Assembly (NCBI GenBank): GCA_963422645.2
Contig: CAXXVO010000004.1
Location: forward strand, 416,001 to 480,000
DNA length: 64,000 bases
Direction: 5' to 3'
Origin: Alphaproteobacteria bacterium
Lineage (GTDB): Bacteria > Pseudomonadota > Alphaproteobacteria > UBA828
Part shown: in pieces, positions 1 through 12,300 of the stretch
How positions within the stretch are numbered: the first letter of the stretch is position 1
Layout of the letters: each line of letters begins with the position of its first letter
Position numbers and translations under genes: made by a program
The notes under the pieces: generated by a model
What the model saw: the letters and a program-made list of their open reading frames with translations, nothing else
Told to the model about the DNA's origin: nothing
The model's database searches: none

Positions 1-1996
1 TGACCTGGGCGATCCGGTCCACCGCGACGCCCAGCGCATCCGCGCATATCTGCGCGAGGATCGTGGTCGAGCCCTGGCCGATATCGACGGCGCCGTTGTA
101 GAGCGTGAGCCGGCCGTCGCGGTCGAGCTTGATCCGCATCGCGGACGGGTTGCTGAGCGCGGTGTTGCCGATGCCGTACCACATGCAGCCGATGCCGACG
201 CCGCGCCGCACCGGGCCTTCCTGCGTGTTGAACCGGGCCGCGTCTTCGAGCGCGCGCTGCCAGCGCGGGGCCAGCGCCTCCAGGCAGGGCGCGAGGCCGG
301 CGCTGGCTTCCAGCACCTGGCCGGTCGCAGTGGCATCGCCGACGCGAATCGCGTTCTTCAGGCGAATTTCCAGCCGGTCCATGCCGAGCCCGCCCGCGAG
401 GTCGTCCATCAGCGCCTCATGGGCGATGGCGGCCTGCGGCACGCCGAAGCCGCGAAATGCGCCGGCGGGTGGCCCGTTGGTGTAGAAGGCCCGGCCGCGC
501 GCGGAGACGTGAGGCACGGCGTAGGGGCCCGAGGCGTGAATCGGCACACGGCTCGCCACCGTCGGCCCCCAGGAGGCGTAGGCTCCGGTATCGAAGGTCG
601 CGTCGAACTCCACCGCTTGGAGTCTGCCCTCGGCATTGCATCCGAAGCGCGCCTCGATTACCGAAGGATGGCGCTTGGGGCTTGCCATCATGCTCTCGGG
701 CCGCTCGTAGACGCAGGCGACCGGCGTGCCGGTGAGCCACGCGGCGAGCGCCGTGAGCGGCTGAACCGAGACGTCGAGCTTGCTGCCGAAGCCGCCACCG
801 CAGGCGCTCGGCACGATCCGCACCTGCGTCGGCGCGAGGTCCAGCACCTCGGCCGTCGTGTCGCGGTTCATCACCGGCGTCTGGGTCGAGACGAAGAGCT
901 CCACCCGCTCGCCGACCCGCCGCGCCCAGCCGGCTTCGGGCTCGATGTAGGCGTGCTCGACGAAGGCGGTCTCGAAGCGCCCTTGCGCCGTCGCCGCGCA
1001 GCCGGCGAGCGCCGCCCGGGCATCGCCACTCTCGACCCCGCCCTCGATGAGCTTGTTGCCCTCGGTCTCTTCGTGGACCAGGGGGGCGCCCGGCGCGCGC
1101 GCCTCGTCGAGGCCGCGTACGGGTGGCAGCGGCTCGTAGCGGATCGGCAGGTCCTCGTCGCGGACGGCCGTGACCGCCGCGCGCGTGCCCAGGAGCGCCA
1201 CCACCGAATCGCCCCGGTAGCGCACGACGCCGTCCGCCAGCACCGGCTGGTCGTGCAGGTCCGGATAGATGCCGAAGCGGTTGGATGGCACGTCTGCGGC
1301 GGTGAGTATCCGCTCCAGGCCGGGCCGGGCGGCGACGACTGCCTCCAGGTCGCCGAGCACGACGCTCGCCGAGTCATGGGGCGAGCGGACGATGCGGAGC
1401 CAGAGCGCGTCCGCCGGCACGGCATCGGCGCCGTAGCGCTCGGCACCGGTGAGCTTGGGCTTGCCGTCGAGCTTGGCGAGACGGGTGCCGACGGCCGCAC
1501 CCGCCGGGGGCGCTTCCAGGGGCAGCGGGGCGTCGCCCGCCGCGTCGAGCACCGCGGCCACGATCTTGCGATAGCCGGTGCAGCGGCAGAGCACGCCGCC
1601 GAGCCCGTCCATCACCTCTGCCGGGCGGGGGCGCGGAGAGGCGCGCAGCAGTTCGGTCGCGGCAATCAGCATGCCCGGCGTGCACGCGCCGCACTGGGCC
1701 GCGCCGTGGCGCAGGAAGGCCCGCTGCAGGCGGTTGAGGCTTCCCTTCCGGGCGAGGCCCTCCACGGTTTCCACGCGGCGCCCTGCGGCCTGGGCCACGG
1801 GCACCATGCAGCTGCACACCTGGGCGCCGTCGAGCAGCACCGTGCAGGCGCCGCAGTCGCCGGCGTTGCAGCCCACCTTGGTGCCCGTTAGCCCGAGATC
1901 GTCGCGGAGCGCGTCGGCGAGGCGGCGAAGCGGCGGCGCCGCGACCGAGACCGATTCTCCGTTCACCGTGAAGGCGATGGCGCCGTTTTCGCTCAC
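1..1996 (-). CDS. Xanthine dehydrogenase/aldehyde oxidase family protein, [2Fe-2S] domain fused to molybdopterin-binding subunit (partial, runs off left edge)
   Basis: Manual translation from GTG at 1996: MSENGAIAFTVNG...GTKVGCNAGDCGACTV...AQCGACTPG...LCRCTGY, then Mo-subunit motifs (HAYIEPE, GGGFGSK, AFRGFG, DIGQGS). Absent from ORF track because no stop lies in the window. Confidence 0.9.
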   Translation of the reverse strand, partial: MSENGAIAFTVNGESVSVAAPPLRRLADALRDDLGLTGTKVGCNAGDCGACTVLLDGAQVCSCMVPVAQAAGRRVETVEGLARKGSLNRLQRAFLRHGAAQCGACTPGMLIAATELLRASPRPRPAEVMDGLGGVLCRCTGYRKIVAAVLDAAGDAPLPLEAPPAGAAVGTRLAKLDGKPKLTGAERYGADAVPADALWLRIVRSPHDSASVVLGDLEAVVAARPGLERILTAADVPSNRFGIYPDLHDQPVLADGVVRYRGDSVVALLGTRAAVTAVRDEDLPIRYEPLPPVRGLDEARAPGAPLVHEETEGNKLIEGGVESGDARAALAGCAATAQGRFETAFVEHAYIEPEAGWARRVGERVELFVSTQTPVMNRDTTAEVLDLAPTQVRIVPSACGGGFGSKLDVSVQPLTALAAWLTGTPVACVYERPESMMASPKRHPSVIEARFGCNAEGRLQAVEFDATFDTGAYASWGPTVASRVPIHASGPYAVPHVSARGRAFYTNGPPAGAFRGFGVPQAAIAHEALMDDLAGGLGMDRLEIRLKNAIRVGDATATGQVLEASAGLAPCLEALAPRWQRALEDAARFNTQEGPVRRGVGIGCMWYGIGNTALSNPSAMRIKLDRDGRLTLYNGAVDIGQGSTTILAQICADALGVAVDRIAQV

Positions 1997-2838
1997 ATCA
2001 TGCTCCCGAGCTCGGCCAGCGTGCGCGCGGTCAGTGTCCGCGCCGCGTCGAGGCGGTAGGCGGCGGACCCCCGCGCATCGTCCATTGGTGCCAACGGCGC
2101 CATATGCGCGTCCGTCACGGCATCGCCCAGGGCCGCGTCGCAGGGGCGCCCGACGAGCGCCTGCTCCAGCGCAGGCAGCCTCCGGGCAACCGGCGAGCAG
2201 GCGCCGACCGAGACGGCGGCGCGGACGACCCGGCCCGCCACGTCGGCCTCCAGCGCTGCCGACACCATCACGATGGAGATCACCAGGTAGCGCCGCGCGC
2301 CGAGCTTGAGGAAGTGCCCGCGCGCATTCTCGGCCCGCGGCTTGGGCACGCGCACCGCGACCAAGAGCTGGTCGGGGGCGAGCGCGGTCGCCCGATTGCC
2401 GCGAATGAAATTGGCGAGCGGCATCGTCTCGCGCCGCTCCAGCGAGGCGAGCTCCACCTCGGCGTCGAGGCTGAGCAGCACCGGCACGCCGTCGGCGGCG
2501 GGTGAGGCGTTGCACAGATTGCCACAGAGGGTGCCGGCGTTCTGCACCTGCCGGCCGCCGATCTCGCGGGCGGCGAGCTTGAGGCCGTCGAACCAGGGCG
2601 GCAGGTCGGCCCCGACGATATCGGTCCAGGTCGCGAGCGCCGGAATGCGCCAATGATCGGCATGCTCCTCGATCGCGCGCATCGACTGCAGCGCGGTGAT
2701 GTCGAGCACGTCGTCGTCGAGCGGCGCACCCACTCTCGCCGGGTAGAAGTCGGTGCCGCCGGCCAGCACCGTGAGCCGACGGCTGTGCAACGCCGCAAGC
2801 GCGTCGTCGAGGGCGGTGGGTCGCAGATACTCCGGCAT
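1993..2838 (-). CDS. Xanthine dehydrogenase family FAD-binding subunit (CoxM/XdhB-like)
   Basis: MPEYLRPTALDDAL..LAGGTD, QVQNAGTLCGNLCNASPAADG, RGSAAYR motifs; ATG at 2838; stop overlaps the next gene's start. Confidence 0.9.
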   Translation of the reverse strand: MPEYLRPTALDDALAALHSRRLTVLAGGTDFYPARVGAPLDDDVLDITALQSMRAIEEHADHWRIPALATWTDIVGADLPPWFDGLKLAAREIGGRQVQNAGTLCGNLCNASPAADGVPVLLSLDAEVELASLERRETMPLANFIRGNRATALAPDQLLVAVRVPKPRAENARGHFLKLGARRYLVISIVMVSAALEADVAGRVVRAAVSVGACSPVARRLPALEQALVGRPCDAALGDAVTDAHMAPLAPMDDARGSAAYRLDAARTLTARTLAELGSMM

Positions 2839-2902
2839 CACGGCAGCCTCATTTCCGCGCCCATGATACCGGAGAGGCCCACGCAAGGCGCGGGCGCTCG
2901 AA

Positions 2903-3538
2903 TCAGCCGGCGGAGGCGGGAGGCTCGCCCTCGTAGAGCCACGGTTGGGCGGCCTTTTGCGCGGCCTCGAAGGCGCCGATCTCACCGGACTTGCTCATGG
3001 TAATGCCGATGTCGTCGAGCCCGTTGAGCAGGCGGTGCTTGCGGAAGGGCTCGATCTCGAAGCTCACAACCTCGCCGTTCGACCGCGTGATGGTCTGGGC
3101 CTCCAGATCGACCGCCATCCGGCAGGTCTGGGAGTTCCCGGCGTCGTCCATCAGCAGGTTCACGCCGTCTTCCGGCAGCGGGATCAGCAGGACCCCGTTC
3201 TTGACGCAGTTGTTGAAGAAGATGTCGGCGAAGCTCGGTGCGATCACGCAGCGAATGCCGAAATCCTCCAGCGCCCAGGGGGCATGCTCGCGGCTGGAGC
3301 CGCAGCCGAAGTTCTCGCCCGCAATGAGGATACGGGCCTCGCGCCAAGGCTCCCGGTTGAGGACGAAGTCCGGAAGCTCCTTGTCCTCCATGTCGTAGCG
3401 GAAGTCGTGGAAGAGGCCCTTGCCGAGCCCGGCGCGGCTGATCGCGGTGAGGTACTGCTTGGGGATCAGCTGGTCGGTATCGACGTTAATCATCGGCAGC
3501 GCCGCCGCCGGGCCGGAGAGGGTCGTGAATGTCTGCAT
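2903..3538 (-). CDS. leuD: 3-isopropylmalate dehydratase small subunit
   Basis: NVDTDQLIPKQYL, NFGCGSSREHAPWAL, SFADIFFNN, NGLDDIG motifs. Confidence 0.97.
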   Translation of the reverse strand: MQTFTTLSGPAAALPMINVDTDQLIPKQYLTAISRAGLGKGLFHDFRYDMEDKELPDFVLNREPWREARILIAGENFGCGSSREHAPWALEDFGIRCVIAPSFADIFFNNCVKNGVLLIPLPEDGVNLLMDDAGNSQTCRMAVDLEAQTITRSNGEVVSFEIEPFRKHRLLNGLDDIGITMSKSGEIGAFEAAQKAAQPWLYEGEPPASAG

Positions 3539-3550
3539 GACGGGCCCTCC

Positions 3551-4969
<1,419 letters not shown>

Positions 4970-5000
4970 CGGCGTCCTCCCGCTGCGATGGCCGGCGTGC

Positions 5001-5417
5001 TCAATCGGCGGACGAGGCGGTCTCCTTCGCCTTGGCGGCGGCCTTCTTCGTGCCGCGGTCGTCGCGCTTCTCCCGAATGCGCGCCGACTTGCCGCGCCGG
5101 CCGCGCAGGTAATAGAGCTTGGCGCGGCGCACCGCCCCCCGCTTCATGACCTCGATCTTCGCGATGCGCGGCGAATGCAGCGGGAAGACCCGCTCCACCC
5201 CCTCGCCATAGGAAATCTTGCGGACGGTGAAGGAGGAGTTGAGGCTGCGGTTTCGCCGGGCGATGCAGACGCCCTCGAACACCTGCACCCGCTCGCGCGA
5301 GCCTTCCACCACCTTGACGTGCACGCGGAGGGTATCGCCGGGGCCGAAGGTCGGAACCTCCCGCGCGTCTGCGAGCTTCTCCACGGCCTCGGCATTCAGC
5401 TGCTCGATCATGTTCAC
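5001..5417 (-). CDS. rplS: 50S ribosomal protein L19
   Basis: [52 protein letters not shown]. Confidence 0.97.
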   Translation of the reverse strand: MNMIEQLNAEAVEKLADAREVPTFGPGDTLRVHVKVVEGSRERVQVFEGVCIARRNRSLNSSFTVRKISYGEGVERVFPLHSPRIAKIEVMKRGAVRRAKLYYLRGRRGKSARIREKRDDRGTKKAAAKAKETASSAD

Positions 5418-5448
5418 GGCACTATCCTCGCGGTCTCAGGCGCGCCAC

Positions 5449-6186
5449 TTATCGACGCGCCTGGTGGCGCGCCCACAGATCGGCGCGCCTCGTTCTGGTT
5501 ACATGTTCCGCCTGGGCACGGCGCCAGGCGTCGATGGCGGCGTGGTCGCCGGAGAGAAGCACCTCCGGCACCGCACGGCCCTCGAAGAGGCGAGGGCGGG
5601 TGTACTGCGGATACTCCAGCAGGTCGTCCTCGAAACTCTCCTCGACCAGCGAGGAGGGCCGGCCGACCACGCCGGGCAGGAGGCGCACGCAGGCGTCGAT
5701 CACCGCCATTGCCGCGATCTCCCCGCCCGACAGGACGTAGTCGCCGACGCTGAGCTCGGTAACGCCTCGGCCTTCCAACACACGCTCGTCGACTCCTTCG
5801 AAACGGCCACAGATCAGCGTGATGCCGGGGCCGTCTGCCAATGCCTTCACCTGCTCCTGGGTCAGCGGGTCACCGCGCGGCGAGAGCAGGAAGCGCTGCG
5901 CGCCACCCTCCGCCGGCACAAACGAATCGATGGCCGCTGCCAGGACATCGGGGCGCATGACCATACCCGCCCCTCCGCCGAACGGGTGACCGTCGACGGT
6001 GCCGTGTTTATCGCGCGCAAAGCGGCGGATGTCCACCGTTTCCAACCGCCAGAGGCCGGAATCGAGGCCGCGGCCGGCGAGCGCGGCGCCAAGCGGCCCG
6101 GGAAAGACCTCGGGGTAGAGGGTGAGTACGTGGACGGTCCAGGGCCGGGCGCCCGATTGCCCGCTTTCGCGCCGGGTCGCACTCAC
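5449..6186 (-). CDS. trmD: tRNA (guanine-N1)-methyltransferase
   Basis: [44 protein letters not shown]; conserved operon position. Confidence 0.97.
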   Translation of the reverse strand: MSATRRESGQSGARPWTVHVLTLYPEVFPGPLGAALAGRGLDSGLWRLETVDIRRFARDKHGTVDGHPFGGGAGMVMRPDVLAAAIDSFVPAEGGAQRFLLSPRGDPLTQEQVKALADGPGITLICGRFEGVDERVLEGRGVTELSVGDYVLSGGEIAAMAVIDACVRLLPGVVGRPSSLVEESFEDDLLEYPQYTRPRLFEGRAVPEVLLSGDHAAIDAWRRAQAEHVTRTRRADLWARHQARR

Positions 6187-6773
6187 GGATCTTCCTCCTG
6201 TGCGGCAACGACCATGCGGCCGGCCTCGATGTCGACGGCCGGCACGCGCTCCCGCGTGAAGGGAACGAAGGTGGAGGGGCCCTCGGGCGGCTGAATCTCG
6301 ACGATGGGCCCGGCGCCGTGGTCGTGAACTGCGATCACTTGACCCAACACGCTGCCATCCTCGCTTTCCACCCGGAGGCCCAGCAGGTCGACGTGGTAGT
6401 ACTCCTCGCCCTCGGTTGGCGGCAGTGCCGCGCGCGAGACGTGGAGATCCGTCCCGCGCAGCGCCTCCGCCGCGTCACGGTCGTCGACGCCCTCTACGCG
6501 GGCGAGCAGCAGGCCCTTCACGTGCCCGGTGACCGTGAGCGCGAAGCGCCGGGTGCCGGCCTCGTCGCTGAGCGCGCCGTAAGCGGTGAGGTCGTCGGGG
6601 TTCGCCGTGTGGCTCCTGATGCGCAGGATGCCGCGCACGCCGTGGGCGCCGACGATCCGCCCGAGGCAGACCGTCTCCGCCCGCCGCGCCGCAGCCGGCT
6701 CTACGGGTGCAGCAGACCCGTCAGGCGCGCTGTATGCGGCCCGAGTCGGCGGCTTTCTCTTCGCCCTCGCCAT
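6183..6773 (-). CDS. rimM: 16S rRNA processing protein RimM (start uncertain)
   Basis: [37 protein letters not shown]; lies between rpsP and trmD; nearest in-frame ATG at 6773 overlaps rpsP. Confidence 0.9.
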   Translation of the reverse strand: MARAKRKPPTRAAYSAPDGSAAPVEPAAARRAETVCLGRIVGAHGVRGILRIRSHTANPDDLTAYGALSDEAGTRRFALTVTGHVKGLLLARVEGVDDRDAAEALRGTDLHVSRAALPPTEGEEYYHVDLLGLRVESEDGSVLGQVIAVHDHGAGPIVEIQPPEGPSTFVPFTRERVPAVDIEAGRMVVAAQEEDP

Positions 6774-7239
6774 CGCCTGTACCGGCCTCCTCGGACGCGG
6801 CCTCGTCGGCAGCGGACTCCTCGGGAGCCATCTCCTCAGACGCGGTTTCCTTAGCGGCGGGCGCCTCTGCGGGCGCGTTGGCCTCAGCTTCGGCGGCGGC
6901 CGCCGCCTTCTCCGCGCGCGCTGCTTGACGCTCCACGGCCTTGGCCTTGGGCTGGCTCTTCTGAGGATTGTTACGCTGAGCCGGCATCGGGATGATCTCG
7001 GCGGCGCCAAGGAAGCGCGCCACGCGATCCGAGGGCAGCGCGCCGACGCCGAGCCAGTGGCGAATGCGCTCCTCCTTGAGGCGTACGCGCTCGGGATGGT
7101 CCTTGGGCAGCATCGGGTCGTAAGTCCCGAGACGCTCCAGGAAGCGGCCGTCGCGCGGGCTGCGAGTGTCGACCACGACCAAGCGGTAGAAGGGGCGCTT
7201 CTTGGCGCCGGCGCGGGATAGGCGAATTTTCAGTGACAT
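6721..7239 (-). CDS. rpsP: 30S ribosomal protein S16 with long acidic C-terminal tail
   Basis: [42 protein letters not shown]. Confidence 0.97.
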   Translation of the reverse strand: MSLKIRLSRAGAKKRPFYRLVVVDTRSPRDGRFLERLGTYDPMLPKDHPERVRLKEERIRHWLGVGALPSDRVARFLGAAEIIPMPAQRNNPQKSQPKAKAVERQAARAEKAAAAAEAEANAPAEAPAAKETASEEMAPEESAADEAASEEAGTGDGEGEEKAADSGRIQRA

Positions 7240-7272
7240 GCTTTCTCCAGTCTCCTTGTGGGCTAGGTGTCG

Positions 7273-8628
7273 TCAGCGGGGCGGCATGATGCCGGGCATC
7301 CCGGCGCGCATGAGGCCCTTCTCGCCCAGCTTGCCGGCCCGCTTCATCATGACGTTCATCTGCTTGACCTGCTTGAGCAGGCGGTTGATGTCCTGCACGG
7401 TGGTGCCCGAGCCGCCCGCGATGCGCCGCTTGCGCGAGCTGTTGAGCAGCTTGGGGTTGCTCCGCTCGATCGGCGTCATCGAATCGATGATCGCCTGCTG
7501 GCGGTCGAGCATCTTGATATCGACGTTGGCCTCGGCGAGCTGGCGCTTGACCTTGCCCACCCCTGGCAGCATGCCGAGCAGACCCTCCATGCCGCCCATC
7601 TTCCGGACCTGCTGAATCTGCTTCGAAAGATCGTTCAGGTCGAAGCCGCCCTTCTTGGCCTTGCGGACGAGGCGTTCGGCTTCGTCCTGCTCGATGGTCT
7701 CTTGCGCCCTCTCGACCAGGGAAACCACGTCGCCCATGCCGAGGATGCGCGACGCGATTCGGTCCGGGTGGAAGGGCTCGATGGCGTCGAGCTTCTCGCC
7801 GACGCCGATCAGCTTGATCGGGCAGCCGGTGACCGCGCGCATGCTGAGCGCCGCGCCGCCGCGTCCGTCGCCATCGACGCGGGTCAGCGCAATCCCGGTG
7901 AGGCCGATCCGCTCGTGGAAGGCGCCGGCGACATTGACCGCGTCCTGGCCGGTCAGCGCATCGGCGACCAGCAGGGTTTCCGCCGGCACGGCCACGTCAC
8001 GCACCGCCGCGCACTCGGCCATCAGCTCCTCGTCCACGTGGAGCCGGCCGGCGGTGTCCAGCAGGACAACGTCGTGGCCCTCTTGCGCGCCGGTCTTCAT
8101 GGCGCGCCGGGCGATCGCGACCGCGCGCTCGCCGGGGATGACCGGCAGCACCTCCACCTCCGCTTGCACGCCGAGCGTCGCGAGCTGCTCCATGGCCGCA
8201 GGCCGGCTGGTATCGAGCGAGGCCATCAGCACCCACTTCTTGTGGCTCACACGCAGGAAACGGCCGAGCTTGGCGGTGGTGGTGGTCTTGCCGGAGCCCT
8301 GCAGGCCAACCATGAGAACCGCCGCCGGCGGGGTCGCTGCGGCGATGCCGATCTCGGCGGTCTCGCCGCCCAGCATCTCGACCAGGTGATCGTTCACGAT
8401 CTTGATCACCTGCTGGCCTGGTGCCACGCTCTTCAGCACGTCGGCGCCGACCGCCTTCTCGCGCACGCCCGCGATGAAGTCCTTGACGACGGGGAGTGCG
8501 ACATCGGCCTCGAGCAGGGCGATCCGCACGTCGCGGAGCGCGGCGCCCACGTCGGCCTCGCTCAGCGCGCCGCGGCGCGTCAGCGTCTCGAAGACCCCGC
8601 TCAGCCTGCCGGACAGACTATCGAACAC
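7273..8628 (-). CDS. ffh: Signal recognition particle protein
   Basis: GLQGSGKTTT, DTAGR, DGDGRGGAALS, RILGMGDV, RRIAGGSG; likely GTG start at 8628. Confidence 0.97.
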   Translation of the reverse strand: MFDSLSGRLSGVFETLTRRGALSEADVGAALRDVRIALLEADVALPVVKDFIAGVREKAVGADVLKSVAPGQQVIKIVNDHLVEMLGGETAEIGIAAATPPAAVLMVGLQGSGKTTTTAKLGRFLRVSHKKWVLMASLDTSRPAAMEQLATLGVQAEVEVLPVIPGERAVAIARRAMKTGAQEGHDVVLLDTAGRLHVDEELMAECAAVRDVAVPAETLLVADALTGQDAVNVAGAFHERIGLTGIALTRVDGDGRGGAALSMRAVTGCPIKLIGVGEKLDAIEPFHPDRIASRILGMGDVVSLVERAQETIEQDEAERLVRKAKKGGFDLNDLSKQIQQVRKMGGMEGLLGMLPGVGKVKRQLAEANVDIKMLDRQQAIIDSMTPIERSNPKLLNSSRKRRIAGGSGTTVQDINRLLKQVKQMNVMMKRAGKLGEKGLMRAGMPGIMPPR

Positions 8629-8816
8629 GCGCTTCCCCCGCCCCAACAAACGACGCGCCGGCGCGCGACACTCGCGGACCGGCGTCCCTCCTCGAAGGGT
8701 GGCCTGTTACAACCTCTCGAAGCGCGCGGACCCTAAGCCCACCCTTGCACCGGGTCAAGCTGCTACGCTGGCCCGGAAGAGCCCTGCACCGCACCGCACA
8801 CCGCTGCAGCCTGCTG

Positions 8817-9644
8817 TCATCTCTTCGCGGCCCTGACCGGCACGCTCAGCGGCGAGGCAGCCGGCTTCTCCCGCCCGCGCGTCACACGATGGAAGACCTC
8901 GAGGTAGTTCGGATGCTCCGTGCCTGCCAGGCGATCCCACCAGGTAAAGTAGAGGCCGTAATTGGACCCCCTGGAGCTGTGATGAAGGTCGTGATGTGTG
9001 TTCGTGGTCAAGACACCGAGCACGGCATGCGCCGGCATGCCCCGTGGAAACAGCTCGAAGCCGCTGTGGCCGACAACGTTCCGAACGATCATGTGAATCA
9101 TGAACAGGTATATGACCGTGACGTGCAGCGGCAGGACAAATATGAGGATTGTCAGGAACATCGCCTGAACGACAGCCTCCATGGGCGCAAAGGCATACGC
9201 CGCCCAGGGCGACGGGCTGTGCGATTCATGATGCAGCCGGTGAAACCGGTCGAACAGGCGCGGATGGTGCATCAGGCGATGCGTCCAATAGAAGTAGGCA
9301 TCGTGAAGCACGATGGTCACCGCCAGACTGAATCCGCCGTAAAACCAGCCGTAATCCGCGAAATCCGTGTAGATCAGCGTCCAGCCCTTCGCCATCGAGA
9401 CGTAGATGAAGACGCCGTTGAGCGCGAAGATGAACGCTGTGAGAAGCGAATAGAACACCTCGCGCCGGATCGCGTGGGAGGGTGCGAAGCCGGGCTGGAT
9501 CTTGCGCCCGCGGAAGGGATGACCCTTCCAAACATAGAGAGCGAAATACGCGACGCCCGCCGGAACGACGATGAGCAGAAGGTGCGCACCGAAAATCGTG
9601 GGCCACGCTGGCCAGGCCGCGATCAGATCGTCGAAAGCGGCCAT
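8817..9644 (-). CDS. Sterol desaturase / fatty acid hydroxylase family membrane protein
   Basis: Histidine boxes HRLMH, HRLHH, HHDLHH plus NYGLYFTWWDRLAGT; hydrophobic segments. Confidence 0.88.
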   Translation of the reverse strand: MAAFDDLIAAWPAWPTIFGAHLLLIVVPAGVAYFALYVWKGHPFRGRKIQPGFAPSHAIRREVFYSLLTAFIFALNGVFIYVSMAKGWTLIYTDFADYGWFYGGFSLAVTIVLHDAYFYWTHRLMHHPRLFDRFHRLHHESHSPSPWAAYAFAPMEAVVQAMFLTILIFVLPLHVTVIYLFMIHMIVRNVVGHSGFELFPRGMPAHAVLGVLTTNTHHDLHHSSRGSNYGLYFTWWDRLAGTEHPNYLEVFHRVTRGREKPAASPLSVPVRAAKR

Positions 9645-9890
9645 GGCTGTCCTGCTTCTTGGGGTCTGGAAGCCGCATCGTGCGCGGCGCGGGCGGCGGA
9701 CGTGCCTTCCCCGGCGACGAGGTTGGCCGGCGGAACCTTAGCTTACGCGTCGGCGCTTAGCCATGCGACGACAACGAGAGTGACGCAGGGAACACTGTGT
9801 CACACGGGATAGCGGTGCTCCCCGCGGTTACCCAAGGGCCACGTTGAGGGGCACTGCATTCTTCCCTGACGCAAATCTCGCGACGTGGTC

Positions 9891-10106
9891 TCACGCGCCC
9901 AGGAAGAGGCGGCCGACCTCCGGGTCCTCGAGCAAGGCATCGCCGGGGCCGGCCATGGCCAGCCGGCCGGAGACAAGTACGTAGCCGATATCGGCGAACT
10001 CCAGCCCTTTCTTGGCGTTCTGCTCGACCATCACGATGGTCTTGCCCTCGCGCCGCTGCAGGTCCGCCAGAATCTCGAACACCTTGTCGCGCACCCTCGG
10101 TGCTAA
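9891..10106 (-). pseudogene. C-terminal fragment of a LivF/UrtE-type ABC ATPase
   Basis: LAPRVRDKVFEIL...MVEQNAKKGL..ADIGYVLVSG...LFLGA; similarity ends just before the LAP that follows Walker B, adjacent to the integrase leader. Confidence 0.8.
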
Positions 10107-10210
10107 CTGACTGATACGGCGTTGCTGTTTCCCTCCTGATTCGGCCGCTGGAGGCGAAGTCGATCCCCGATTTCGCCCCGGCTGCAACACAGAGCGCAGG
10201 AGGATCACAA

Positions 10211-11338
10211 ATGGCGACGCACCACCTCAACGACCGCCGCGTCGACGCGCTCAGGACCCGCAAGTCAGCCTACGACGTGCGCGACCGCGAACTGAAGGGC
10301 TTCGGCGTAAGGGTCATACCCTCGGGCACCAAGCGCTACTTCATACACATCCAGCAGCACCAGGGACGGCGAGTCTGGAAGATCGTCGGCGATGCCGACA
10401 CCATCGGCACAGACGAGGCCCGCGGCCGGGCGAAGACCCAGATGGCCGCGATCCGGGAAGGCAGCGACGCGCACGCCGCAACGCCGCCCGACATCGCCTT
10501 CGAGACGGTCGCCGAAGAAGTCTTCCGGCGCTATGCCCGAAACTGGAAGCCGTCCGCGCTCTACGTGAACCAGGGCTACTACCGCAACCAGATTCTGCCT
10601 TGGTTCGAGGGGCACCCGATTGCCGCCATCACCGTGAGTGACGTTCGGCGCTGGTTCGCGTCCCTTCACGAGACGCCGGCGGCGGCCGACCGCTCGGCCC
10701 CCATCCTCTCGGTCATCATGCGCCAGGCCGAGGTCTACGGCTACCGGCCGGAGGGAACCAATCCGTGTGCGGGCATCAGGCGGTACAGGCGCCGGGGACG
10801 GGAGCGCTTCCTCTCGGCGGCGGAGCTCCGCCGGCTGGGCGAAGTGCTGGCACGCCATGAGGCCGATCAGCCGCAGTTCGTGGCGATCATACGCCTGCTG
10901 CTGCTCACCGGATGCCGCAAGAGCGAGATCGTCACGCTCAAATGGCGCCACTACCGCGAGGGCAAGCTGTTCCTGCCGGACAGCAAGGTGGGGCCGCGCA
11001 CGGTCTGGCTCTCGTCCGCCGCGCGCGCGCTTCTGGACGGCCTGCCCCGCAGCGCGGTCTGGGTCTTCCCCTCGCCGCAGACCCGCAGCTGCTTGAGCGT
11101 GGCGACGCTCGACCGGGCCTGGCGATGCATGAGGGCGGAGGCGTACCTGTGCGACGTCCGCCTTCACGATTGTCGACACACGTACGCCAGCATGGCCCTG
11201 GCGCAGGGTGAGACAGTGCTGACCATCGGCCGGCTGCTCGGGCACCGCAATCCGGCGACCACACTGAAATACACACACATGTCCGATCTTGCGGTGCGCG
11301 AGGCGGCCGACGCCGTCGGCGCCGTCCTTGAGGGTTAA
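10211..11338 (+). CDS. Tyrosine recombinase/integrase with N-terminal arm-binding domain
   Basis: N-terminal DRELKGFGVRV; catalytic motifs TGCRKSE, HDCRH, LLGH, KYTH; AGGAGG RBS. Confidence 0.9.
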   Translation: MATHHLNDRRVDALRTRKSAYDVRDRELKGFGVRVIPSGTKRYFIHIQQHQGRRVWKIVGDADTIGTDEARGRAKTQMAAIREGSDAHAATPPDIAFETVAEEVFRRYARNWKPSALYVNQGYYRNQILPWFEGHPIAAITVSDVRRWFASLHETPAAADRSAPILSVIMRQAEVYGYRPEGTNPCAGIRRYRRRGRERFLSAAELRRLGEVLARHEADQPQFVAIIRLLLLTGCRKSEIVTLKWRHYREGKLFLPDSKVGPRTVWLSSAARALLDGLPRSAVWVFPSPQTRSCLSVATLDRAWRCMRAEAYLCDVRLHDCRHTYASMALAQGETVLTIGRLLGHRNPATTLKYTHMSDLAVREAADAVGAVLEG

Positions 11339-11341
11339 GGC

Positions 11342-12300
11342 ATGACCGCGAAGAGGCGACGCCTGACCGACGCCAACGTGGCAAAGCTGACGCCGGCGGC
11401 CCGCGAGTATACGGTCTGGGACACGCGCCATGCGGGTCTCGGCGTGCGCGTCCGCCCGTCGGGGCACCGCAGCTTCGTCTATTAGCGCAAAGGCAAGAAC
11501 GGAGCACGCAGGATCACGCTCGGTCCTGCGGCGTTGACGGGCGTCGATGAGGCGCGCACCAAGTGTCTCGCCATTGAGACCGGAGAGCGATTCGACCCGG
11601 CAAAGCGCTGTCGGGTCATCACGTTCGGGGATTTCATCTCGGGCCCGGGGCGGGCGTGTATCGACCGATGCAAGCCCTCGACGCAAAAAGCCGTAAGTTG
11701 GACCCTGAGAGCGCGCCTGCTTCCGGCCTTCGGCCCGATGCCTTTGGACCGGATCACCCATGCCAGTGTGACACGCTGGTTCGACGAATACAGCCAGACC
11801 GCGCCCGGCGGGGCCAATCACGCCTTGAGCGTGCTTCTCCGAATACTCAACCACGCAGTCCTTTGCGGTCATCTCGACACGAACCCAGCCCGCGGCATCA
11901 AGCCCAACCCGCGTCCGAAGCTCACCCGCTTTCTGTCGCGCGAGGAAGTCCACCGACTTCGCCGCGCGCTGGACCGCCACGCCGACGCGCCGCAGGCTGA
12001 CATCATCCGCCTGCTTCTGCTGACCGGCTGCCGGAGGGACGAGATCCTGACCCTGCGCTGGCAGGACTTGGACGGCAACATGCTCAATCTGGCCGACGCC
12101 AAGGCCGGACCGAGAAGAGTGTTCCTGAGCGCGCAGGCCCGCGCCGTCCTCGAGCGCCAGCCGAGAACCGGAAGCGCCTGGATCTTTCCCTCGCCGCTCG
12201 ATCCGGGGAGGCCGCGTTCGCCTCACCTGCCGCTCTGGTACTCGGTACGCAGGGAAGCCGGGATCGAGGACGTGCGGATCCACGACCTCAGGCACAGTTC
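11342..12300 (+). pseudogene. Second tandem tyrosine integrase with in-frame amber stop and missing C-terminus
   Basis: ATG at 11342 (MTAKRRRLTDANVAKL..WDTRHAGLGVRV); TAG at 11483-11485; same frame continues through TGCRRDE and HDLRH, then similarity stops before the catalytic Tyr. Confidence 0.8.

Noticed and set aside
419-1891. 490-aa plus-strand ORF
   Set aside because: Antisense shadow of the xanthine dehydrogenase family gene; no motifs
11483-11485. Amber codon as possible pyrrolysine or readthrough site
   Set aside because: The gene is also truncated before its catalytic Tyr and no recoding machinery is visible; simple decay is more likely
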